Below, piece after piece: positions 52,411-64,000 of a stretch of DNA of 64,000 nucleotides. The stretch is taken from the NCBI GenBank assembly GCA_951406725.2, contig OX597836.1, positions 4,092,001 through 4,156,000 of the forward strand. Reading direction: 5' to 3'. The notes beneath the pieces were generated by a model that was not told the origin of the DNA, ran no database searches, and was given only the letters and a program-made list of their open reading frames with translations. Source of the stretch: Octopus vulgaris. Its lineage: Eukaryota. The translations under genes were made by a program, and so were the position numbers. How positions within the stretch are numbered: the stretch's first letter is position 1; each line of letters starts with the position of its first letter.

Positions 52411-52645
52411 ATAGTATTACATACATATAAGGGGGATTACCACTATGTGGACACCCTAACACTGTAAGTAGATCCACTATGGTCTTACCACTAAGAATTG
52501 TTCTCGAGAAAATTTCAGCAAACACGTTTCTGGTGTTTGCTAAATTTTCTAGAGAACAATTCTTAGTGTAAGACCATAGCGGATCTACTTCTAACATTAA
52601 GGTGTCCACATAGTGGTAATCACTCTTATATGTATGTAATGCTAT
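52411..52645. repeat. ~235 bp imperfect foldback palindrome
   Basis: GATTACCACTATGTGGACACC...CTAAGAATTGTTCTC..AGCAAACAC-gtttctg-GTGTTTGCT..GAGAACAATTCTTAG...GGTGTCCACATAGTGGTAATC. Confidence 0.88.
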
Positions 52646-52743
52646 TTACTGAACCTCTGTTTTTTAATATGCTAGACCACTGGTGTTAAATTTATGTTAT
52701 CAAATTAATATCCAATTTTTCACCTTCATTTTGATTTTAATTT

Positions 52744-52817
<74 letters not shown>

Positions 52818-53374
52818 TGTGTCAGTCCAACGACTGATACAAGTAAAAGAGAGGAAACAGAAGGAAGGAAACGAATTTCGAAACGATGAAGAACTGAAGT
52901 CTTACACAATGTTTTCGAAGTTTTAATCAATTTGGATTTCGGAATTGTATTTCCCGTGCTTTTAGTGACAAGATTTATCTTTAACGTTATTGACGATTTC
53001 TTTTCCATTACGATGTTGAAATTTAATTGATTAGAATAGAATTTGTCGACTCGCGTCGTTGTGTCTGCTAGACCCTATTCAAATATATTGTAGCTTATTC
53101 AATTTTTAGACTTTTAAGACTATTTATTAACTAGTGTTGTAAAACTTGGTCGGTTTCGTGTTTTCAATTTTCTATTGGAAAAGACGATGTTGAGGATGAT
53201 GATGATTGTGATGCTGATGCTCCTGATGATGTTGGTAGTAATGATGGTAGTGATTGTGGTGATAATGAGGATTATGATTGTGGTGGTGGTGACGGTGTTG
53301 GTGGTGATGATGATGATGATTATAATGATAATGGTGAATACCGCGGATTAATTTGGTATTGATTATAATAAACA

Positions 53375-53615
53375 AGGTTGGATCTCCGTCGGTTACGGCG
53401 ACGAGGGTTCTAGTTGATCCGATCTACGGAACAGTCCGTTCGGGAAATTAACATGCAAGTGGCTGAGTACTCCAAAAAAGTGTGTACCCATAATGCAGGA
53501 TAAAACACAAGTTGATAAGGCTGGCCCATCGATTCACAGGTACAGTTTGCCAGCTGAGCGAACAAGTGCAACACGGAGTAGAACGTCTTGTTCAGAGACA
53601 CAGCACACCATTTAA
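53375..53615 (-). mobile_element. SINE-like repeat, family E (diverged relatives near 6200-6430 and 62400-62580)
   Basis: Minus strand TGTGTCTCTGAACAAGACGTT...CTCAGCTGGCAAA resembles an invertebrate SINE core. Confidence 0.45.
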
Positions 53616-55023
53616 TATTATAGCCACCTGCTGCCTACATAAGTTGCTATTTTGTTAAACTGTCGTATGTCCAAATTTGGCCAAATTCGTTTTTGTTTCC
53701 AATGTTTACTTTTGCTTAAAAAAGCCGGTTCTTTTGGTCAAACTATCGTATTCTCAGCTGCTTCAGGTGCCAAGATATCAAAAATTGTCAAGTGTTGTAC
53801 AACAATTTTACTATGGAATGGTGAAACTATTTTTTTGGTTCTGAATAAGCAACGTTTTGGACTTACGACACTTTTGCATAATAGCAACGATATAATCCCT
53901 AGATTCTTTTACCAATACCGTGTGGCGTACACTATTCGATTAAATTCCTTGGAATGCCGTTTTTAATACCACCGAATGTCAGTGTTTGCAACTTCTATCA
54001 GTTGTAGCTTCCTATTGTTCACACAGTGTGTAAAGAATGAGGTTTGCTTTCATAGACGTTATGCTTCATAGATAAGCGCTTCAACATGGTCTCCATGTAT
54101 AACGCGCATGTATTTATATTTATTCATGAACCGTTACCCAGCGCGAATTTAGGTCTGGACTTGTTATTAAGTTTCTTAAATTGGTAGTGCAGTTGTAATA
54201 ATATTTTTGCTTGGAATGGTTCTAATAATAAAGTCTATTTTACAGAAATGTTTATAGTAAATTTGTGTGAGACATCGCTAGTGTAAATGAATTTCAGGTT
54301 ATTTGTATTGTATAGTTTGTTGCTTAATCCTATTTCATTCTAAAGGAAACCTTTTATAAATATTTCATTTACCGGAAGATTATTCCACCGCACGATTAGA
54401 CGGGGTTTATACGTAGCTATTTATCGCGAATCATATTATCGAATAGCCTCCTCGGTTTTAACCTACTCGGTAATTAAGCATAGCATGAGTAACTGCTCAC
54501 CGTATTTGGACAATAAAACTGCAAAAAGCAATACTGTCTCTTATACCAGCTTAACGGGAAAGTCATTCAGTAGGTGATTATACCAGCTTACGAGAAATTA
54601 CTAACCTCCTCACAAGAAAAGTATTACTTCTCTCTCGAGGCACAGTTTGATGGAAGAGAGTCAACGAAAATTGTATAGAATACGTAGGAATGGCTGTTCT
54701 AGGCAACAATTATTGAAAATGGTGTATTATTGCCATTTATAGATCATAGTAAATATATATATAATCTTAGCGGGCGCAAAGGGTCGAAATACTTGAGATA
54801 AAAAAAAAGCCTGTTCACAGAACTAGAGTAAAAAGACACAATATTCTTTTATTCTTTTACGTGTTTCAGTCCAAAGACTTCAGCTGTGATGGAACACACC
54901 GACGAAGAAGAAATTAAACCGAACAAAGCCACCCCAGACATAAGCATGTATATCTATCTATCTATTTTTCTGATTGCCTGTCTGTCCGTCCGTCTGTCTC
55001 TATATATCATATATATATATATA

Positions 55024-55124
<101 letters not shown>

Positions 55125-56548
55125 TATATATATTATATATATATATATGTATGATATATATATATATATATGCATATATTTATATATGTATGTGTATATA
55201 TAAATGTATATACATCAAATACACACACACACATATGTATATATATATATATAAATATATATATATGCATATATTTATATATGTATATGTATGTGTATAT
55301 ATAAATGTATATACATCAAATACACACACATATGTATATATATATATATATATATATACAAGTAATCATGTGTGCATATAGTCCATAATCGTAACTAGTA
55401 GATTCACGTGTTTATTGCGCGAGCAATGAAGCATTGTTGGTGAGAGAATGTTTACGTTACGGATTTTATGGTTGAAGTTTATTGATCTGCGAAGAAAATA
55501 TGGAAACTAAGCTTAATAAAAGCGTAGCGTATGGCCCATTGGCAATTAAAACAAATCTTCTTTGTCTCAATATATCCGGAACGTAAAACAAATCGTCATA
55601 ATTGATCGAAACAACTCAACTGTGTATTAGCAGACCATTCCAATGAGAGGATGATTATCAGTAGAGATTTATTTCTTAAATATCATTTGTAAACCAATAA
55701 ACAGCTTTTAAGCTACAATGCCAATGTCCTCATCACTAAAATTCCTTGTAAAAACACTTTGAAAGACACGCTTAGCAATAGCAGTAGTTTTCATGTGTTT
55801 GGTACATATAGCTGGTAAAAGATGAACTGCCTGGCAGATGATCACATCACCAAACAAGATTAATTACCAAAAATAATAGAAGCTCAATCCGACAACCGTC
55901 CATCAACATAGAACTGTAGAACTGCTCATGCGCCTTAGTGTTCCTTTACATTCAATGAGGAAGATAAGGCGCTGTCAGAAATTCATGGATCCGGGGAAAA
56001 TTTGATATCGGGTCTAATATTAGCGATAGCATTTACAAATACATTTTTTGCTTGGATAGCCTCGCATGTGTATTGTATTACATGATTACAATGGCGCTGC
56101 AGCATGCATCGATTATTCTATGCGATTATAACGTATATGAATATTAAAAGGTACGTATATGCAAGCATATACATACATAAAAGTACGCACACACACATAT
56201 ATATATATATATGTATGTGTGGATATAGATATAGATACAAACATAGATAGATAGATAGATGCACATGATACGATATAGATACAGATACATGGATGGAGAT
56301 ATATACAGAGAGATAGACAGATAGATAGATAAGTGGATAAATGGATAAATAGATAGGTAGATAGATTGATTGAAGGGATAATATAATCCTGGTTATAACC
56401 TCGTTAGATCATCATGTCGGATATATGTAGATATATAATTTATATATCAGTCTGTCATGTATGTACACACACATATACACACATATATATAATGAGAAGA
56501 TTTTTCTCACTAACTAAATCTTTCTTTCTGTTTCTCTCCCCCTTTCTC

Positions 56549-56592
<44 letters not shown>

Positions 56593-57390
56593 AACTTCTG
56601 TGTTGGAAAAGGGTGTGATAGACAATTAGAAGCAAAGCGGGAGAGAGGGAGAGAAAAATAGATATATAGACAAATAGTGAGAGAGAGAGAGAGAGAGAGA
56701 GAGAAAGAAATTGCCAGATAAGGAATGACAGAGAGCGAGAGCGAGGGAGAGAAAGAGACAGAGAGAGGGAGAGAGAGAAAGAGAGGGAGAGAGGGAGAGA
56801 AAGAGAGAGAGGGAGAGAGAGAGAGAGAGAGAAAGAGAACTGTAATATATGTGTCAACATATGGTAAGGATTATTGAATAATACGGAACGTCACTTTATT
56901 CGCCATCATATTTCAGACTGATATGAATCTGACTGATGTATTAAACATGTTGTTTCCGAACTCCATCATCCAGCCATGGTTATCATTTCCCTTCCGCTGC
57001 TCTCTTGTCTTTCTCTCTGTCTAACTATCTCTTTATTTTTCTTACTCCCTCTTTCTCATATTTGGATGCAAGTACATACGCATATTTGCACATTCAAATG
57101 CACGTATGCATGCGAATGTGCATTTGTATATAGAAAAGCGTGTGAGAACGATCATATAGCCATTCGTGTGTGTATGTATATAAATAAATAAATACATACA
57201 TATATATATACATATATATATATATATACACGTATACACACACTCATATATATATGTATGTATATATATACATATATATATCAACGAACAGATACAGTCT
57301 CTCTCACACACAGACTCATATGTGCGCAGTGAATGTGTCCGTATACATGTGTGTGTATATATATATATACAAATATATATATGTTTATAA

Positions 57391-57435
<45 letters not shown>

Positions 57436-57619
57436 TATCCATATATAAATATGCACACACATGGATATGTATATATATAGTTAAGCAAATACATATCTAT
57501 ATCCATATGTATAGCTCCTGTTTGTCTGGCCATTTCTCTTTCTCACTCTCTCTCTCTCTCTGCATATATATACGTGTGTGTGTGCTTAGATGAATATACA
57601 TATATATATATATATATGC

Positions 57620-57667
<48 letters not shown>

Positions 57668-58157
57668 TTACACACATACATACACAGACACAGACACACA
57701 CACACTCTCACACACAAACACACGCATATATATATATATATGTATATATATGCATACATCCACGTATATTGCGAAGATGAGAATATGCGTGTGTGCATTG
57801 AATCTTCTCTCATAAAACAATTATATCGGTTGATTAGAAAAGTTATTCAATATCATTACACATCACTACGCTCACATGCCGTACGCATCACTGGATATTC
57901 TAGACATCCTGCTGGCGTGCTATGCAATCATTTCCGTTCAGATTCGTGATTGCAGTCCTTAAGAATACCTACAAAGAATTATTCATATACGCATATGTGC
58001 ATGTTTGTGCGTGTGAGTGCGTGTATATGAGTTTGTGTGTGTGTGTGTGTATGTCCGTTTATTTATATAACGTAATATACAAATGCATTGCATAATCAAT
58101 ATATATATATATATATTTATACATATCCGTAAGCATATATCAATAGCTATGTATATA

Positions 58158-58234
<77 letters not shown>

Positions 58235-58254
58235 ATATGTATATGCATATGTAA

Positions 58255-58308
<54 letters not shown>

Positions 58309-59657
58309 ATATATATATATATATATAAATGCCTGCGTATATGTATTCTCATGTAATAATCTGTGCACGATGGTATATATGTGTGTCTGTGCCCGCGTGG
58401 TTGCTTATTTGTATAAACCTATTCTTTTTTTTGTGTGTGTATTTGTGTGTAAAAGATGGCGGAATATATTTCTCCAGCTTCTGCCATCTGAAACGTGAAT
58501 GACCTTTCTAACATTCTCTCAGATATTAAATCTATGCGTCCTGAATCTGTAATACTGTGACAACTATTATTCATTCCGCATTTCACGCTGTAGTTAGACG
58601 TAAACGAAATTAATATTTTTCGGTTATGTTATGCAGAATTTACCATTTAGGCGGTATTAAACGAACGCGAACATTAGAGTTATATAAAACTAAATTTCGT
58701 ATCGATCGAAATGTTGGAATATCGGTGCATCAAACCATATTTAATATTTTGGTACGGAAACAATAGCAAATCGCTGTTGCATTTGTTTACATTTCATACT
58801 GAAGGTTTAAAAGATGAGTATAATTGTCCGGCGTAAATTTATTTTAGACCCTGGAATGCATGTTGTGTCGTGCTTAGAATATTTGTATTAGATTTGTATC
58901 AACGTAAGGATTCCCTATTAGAGGGAAGTTTTGAAAGAATTAGTATTTGATTTGTTATAAAACAGAACAGTGATTAAATGTATCTGAAGCCCAACGTGAG
59001 GTGGCCTGTAAATGCAGGGTTGTGCAATGTTATCACTATATTTTCTAATCAAACGAAATATTTTTTTATAAGAGAGTATTCAATCCACACTCTTTTCACT
59101 TCCTGTAATCTCAGCATCAAAGCCTGAAACGCACGATATCATCTGAATCATACTAACCTTACTTACGTTTATTTTGAAGGAGTGTCATCGCAGGATGGGG
59201 ATTTTGGCTTACAAAACTCGAACAAACAACATTTCCTATTAGAATTAGAAAACCAAACTTTATGCTTTTCAGTGCTTATTTAATTTTCAGCTAGTATGAA
59301 ACTATCTCTCCCTTTGGTTTGTATGAAGACAAGCATATTAAATTAACGGCAGTCAACCCAAATTTAATCAGTAAAATGCATGAAACTAGTTAATATTGGA
59401 GATGAATAAACTAAGTTTCTTAAAAGTCATTCATTAAGCAAAAATCAGCTTTAAACAACATTTTTAGAAAATATATTTCAAACCAAATGTTCATTAGGCG
59501 AAATGGAAACAAATATGAGAGTTATAACAAATTAATTCTAAATGTTGCAAGCCTTAACATTAAATGAAACCAAATAGTTCGTAAGCCATCGAAGAAAACA
59601 AATGGAACATATTCGTTGTAAGGAGTTTACGTAAGGTATTCTTCGATGTTGTTGTTG

Positions 59658-59742
<85 letters not shown>

Positions 59743-59785
59743 CATTATCATCATTATTATTGTTATTGTTATTATTTCGCCCACT

Positions 59786-59859
59786 GGCATATGGCGTAGT
59801 GGTTAAGAATGTGGGCTACTAACCCCAAGATTCCGAGTTCAATTCCAGGCAGTGACCTC

Positions 59860-59897
<38 letters not shown>

Positions 59898-60071
59898 CAA
59901 CAACATCATCGAAAATTACTTTAGGAATGAGAACCCAGGTTCGAAATTTCCCCAAGACACCTGATGAAGGCTGGAGGGTATATCAGCCGAAACGTCGTGT
60001 TAACACGATGAGGAAATATCCGTCAAATGTAAATAATGTACATAATTCTTCATCTCTTGAATATAAAACTG
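59786..60071 (+). mobile_element. tRNA-headed SINE (family D) carrying a hammerhead ribozyme
   Basis: A box TGGCGTAGTGG, B box GAGTTCAATTCC, (AAT)n linker, then a hammerhead. Confidence 0.7.
59956..60001 (+). ncRNA. Type I minimal hammerhead ribozyme
   Basis: GACAC-CTGATGA-A-GGCTGG-agggtata-TCAGCC-GAAA-CG-TC-GTGTT; intact core, GUC cleavage triplet, palindromic ACGT stem III. Confidence 0.8.
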
Positions 60072-60222
60072 GGAATGAATCAATGATGATGATCAATGGA
60101 ATGACCAGGGATACTACACACTACATGGTAATCATCCCAGGAATTCGCACTCTGATCTTAGAAAGTCATGTGATTTGTGGAAATGCACGTAACGATGCAT
60201 AAAATGTTTATAAATTGTATAC

Positions 60223-60520
60223 TGGTGGCACGTGGCCTCGTGGTAGGAGCAGCGGACTCACGGTCGAGGTATCACGGGTTCGAATCTCAGACCGGTCGAA
60301 GATTGTTTATGAGCGAAAGACCTAATTTCCAGGCGGCTTCAGCAGACGGTAATGGCGAACTTCTACTGACTTTTTGCCACAACTTTTCTCTCTCTTTCCT
60401 CCTGTATCTAGCATCTCATCTGCGACATTATTATTATTATCTCGTCCAGGTGGGTAACCTATACGCCAATGAAACCGGGAAACCGGCCCATATGAGCCAG
60501 GAACATTCGAGAAGGAACAA
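60223..60520 (+). mobile_element. tRNA-derived SINE, family C
   Basis: Homologous to 45250-45520 (GGTTCGAATCTCAGACCGG, GAAACCGGGAAACCGGCCC.TATGAGCCAGG). Confidence 0.75.
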
Positions 60521-61200
60521 TCAACAGCAACTTATTCTATACTAGGATTATTATTATTATTATTATTATATATATATAACCTTATTTGATATTTGAGCTG
60601 TGTCAATAACTTTTAAGAAAAGAGCTAAATATAAAAAATAATACTTTTTTAGTGTTCTACAGAGCAATATTTCATCTTCTAATCAAGGTTTCTCCATATC
60701 CAAGATTTATTTGAGATTTGTCTAGTATGTAACCTTTTGTATATTGCATTTCATAGAGAGAAACACACCCAGTTATTTGATAGATCGAATCTTTTCGATC
60801 TTACAATAAACCATATGTTCTAAATTATTTCAGTGAGCAAATGATTCCATCTGTCACTAAATAATTAGTTCTCTGTAATTATTCATCTGATAAGGCATCA
60901 CCATTTTATGTCCATAAACAAAGATTAGAAAGAAAAAAGAAAAAAAAGTTATTGTAAACACGATCGAAACAACTCAATTTTTCCTTGAGAAGAACAAAAG
61001 TGAAAGAAAATTAGAATTAAGAAATGTCTTCTGAAATATTCTGACATCTATTAATATCATCTTCAATATTTTTATGATTGAAGTGAAAATATAGACACCT
61101 GCGCGAAAGATTTATGTTTGTGAAATGTGTGTCTGCTTACGTGCGTTTGTGTGAGTATAGGTACACACACATATACGTATACATAGATATACATACATAT

Positions 61201-61260
<60 letters not shown>

Positions 61261-61276
61261 ATATAGATATATATAT

Positions 61277-61497
61277 CTTTTACTCTCTTTACCTTGTTTC
61301 AGTCATTTGACTGCGGCCATGCTGGAGCAACGCCTTTAGTCGAGCAAATCGACCCCGGGACTTATTCTTTGTAAGCTCAGTACTTATTCTATCGGTCTCT
61401 TTTGCCGAACCGCTAGGTGAAGGGGACGTAAACACACCAGCATCGGTTGTCAAGCAATGCTAGGGGGACAAACACAGACACACAAACACAGACACAC

Positions 61498-61540
<43 letters not shown>

Positions 61541-61705
61541 TTATATACGACCGGCTTCTTTCAGTTTCCGTCTACGAAATCCACTCACAAGGCATTGGTC
61601 CGCCCGGGGCTATAGCAGAAGACACTTGCCCAAGATGCCACGCTGTGGGACTGAACCCGGAACCATGTGGTTGGTTAGAAAGCTACTTACCACACAGCCA
61701 CTCCA
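61277..61705 (-). mobile_element. Family B SINE, full length
   Basis: Near-identical organisation to 31650-32072. Confidence 0.85.
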
Positions 61706-62029
61706 TATATATACATATATGCATATATATATATGCATATACATACATACATACTCTCATCTATGTATCGTTCGTGCTATGGAGTGTGTCACCGACATTT
61801 AATATTTAGTGGAGCCCTTCTCTCTCCTCGTTTAATGCTAGTCAATAGAAGGAAATAGTAAAAGACACACAAGAAACCCTACAAGTCGAACTTTATTATT
61901 GGACAGGGGGACACTCAAAGGCAAGTCTTTGAGAACCGGAACTATTGGCCCGGTTCAATCATTCCGACTTCCTGGGAAGATATATGCAAAGAAATACGTT
62001 ATAAATATATATGTATTTATATAAATACA

Positions 62030-62169
62030 CGGTTCCTGGTTCAGTCCCACTGCGTGGCACCTTGGGTGAGTATTTTCTAATATAACATCGGGCCAACCAA
62101 AGAATTGTGAAAGGATTTGATAAACGGATACTGAAAGAAGCCTGTCGTATTGATAAAGACACGCATACA

Positions 62170-62216
<47 letters not shown>

Positions 62217-62360
62217 GTGTTGGGGGGGTGTTTGCGTCAGTATTTGTCCCCAACCACCGCCTGAAGACCGATGTTGGTATTGTTAGGTCCTTGTAACGTA
62301 GCGGTTCAGCAAAAACGAACGATGGACTAAATACTTGGCTTTAGAAAATAAGTCCTGGTT
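62030..62360 (+). mobile_element. Family B SINE, degenerate
   Basis: GGTTCAGTCCCACTGCGTGGCACCTTGGG...CTGAAAGAAGCC.GTCGTA...TAGCGGTTCAGCAAAA. Confidence 0.7.
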
Positions 62361-62612
62361 GTTGTGTGTGTGTCACGGCCTAATAAAACGTGTCCTAGGA
62401 TCTGTACCTCTGCTATTCAACACCCTCCATAAAGACCAGTCTCGCAAGACTGGTCATCGTTTGTCTGCTAAGTGGACGGGAGCATCGCGGAATAAAGTTT
62501 GGTGCCAAAGAATACAATGCTTCGCTAGATCCAGGAATCGATACCTAAATCTTAAGAATATAAGTGCTGCAGACCAACCAATATATATACATATTTGTGT
62601 GTCTATAATTAC

Positions 62613-62706
<94 letters not shown>

Positions 62707-63168
62707 TGTCTGTGTGTGTGCGTGTGTAGATAGATATATATATGTATAAATACAGACACAAATATATGCATACACACACATGGCTTCCCCATATATGTGC
62801 GCACGTATGTATATCTACACACCTACACACACGCATATATATATATATATATATATACATATATATCTTGATGTGACTACATATGTAGAAGCTATAGATA
62901 TGAAAGATCTCAGTGAGGAAGACGAGCATTAATTATTGCAATCTTGTGACATAAAGAAGAAGAAAATCACATAGATACGAATGTACAGTTGCATCAATGT
63001 CGACATCAAATACACTCGGGGACCAATCAAATACGATTTCGCCATGTTTGGTGATAGATTATTCTCAACTCAACTTAGCGTTTCGAAATTCGGTTCATAT
63101 GGATGTATCAATGTCCTGATAAATACATTAAAGATACGTGTGTGCGTGTGTATGTGTGTGAGTGTAGT

Positions 63169-63205
<37 letters not shown>

Positions 63206-63275
63206 ACACTTACATAAAAACACACAGACATAGAGCAACTTATATCTATATGTATATATGTATATGATGTATACA

Positions 63276-63335
<60 letters not shown>

Positions 63336-63669
63336 TATGTGTGAGTGTTTGTAGTTTTGTCTGCAGATACATTCTTGTGAATATATAATATATAATTACT
63401 GGTATAAGCAAACATACCTCATATGTACGGATGCACACACACGAGCACTACACACAAAAACACACACATCTACATGTACGTTGATAGAAAGTACATGCGC
63501 ACAAATGTTTCTTCAAAGACATTATCAGTGACATGTAGAAATCCTACACACACACATACACACGCACATACATACACACGCATCTACACATATATCGATA
63601 CAAATGTGCATGCGCCCAAATACTTCTTCAAAGACAGTCTCATCGACAACTAGAAATCACACACAAGCA

Positions 63670-63722
<53 letters not shown>

Positions 63723-64000
63723 GCATATGAAGACACTCAGATACCCCTCATATACAGTAACTATATATACATGCAAGCACAAATGCTCTCTCTCTCTCAC
63801 ACACACACAAGCATACTTTATTACAGATGGCGTAACTTGTACCGTTAATAAAGACGCCGTGGAATATTGAATAGATAAATTACATGAGAACACGTGATCA
63901 GACAAAAGAAATGAAATTGTGTTTTATCTTTTTCAATTTTCGCTCCTAGGCTTTTTAAAACTTTTCCACCAAATATGTAATAGTTTAAAAATCCCATTGT

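Overview
AT-rich, microsatellite-dense animal (eukaryotic) DNA with no convincing host protein-coding exon. The SINE families resemble those of octopus/coleoid cephalopods (inference), so this is probably intronic or intergenic sequence. The dominant feature is a ~7.3 kb Penelope-like retroelement (PLE) insertion at 13211-20513. It consists of two near-identical ~3.17 kb arms in head-to-head inverted orientation around a 970 bp spacer, and both outer 3' ends abut (TA)n. Each arm encodes an intact RT + Cys-linker + GIY-YIG protein. The RT frame overlaps a 5'-truncated coiled-coil ORF1 in the -1 frame across a U UUU UUA heptamer, a candidate programmed frameshift (alternatively a splice acceptor). 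Each arm ends in a minimal hammerhead ribozyme with a compensatory U3:A8 core. Several short non-coding repeats elsewhere also carry hammerhead-like motifs, including a tRNA-headed SINE with a near-canonical hammerhead and a 158 bp palindrome that looks like a miniature of the large insertion. Together they suggest a PLE-driven set of non-autonomous elements, most of them associated with (TA)n. Also present: a 5'-truncated CR1-group LINE, an R4/Dong-like endonuclease fragment in (TAA)n, Tc1/mariner relics, MITEs, many SINEs and a decayed PLE. Almost all other ORFs in the track are microsatellite artefacts.
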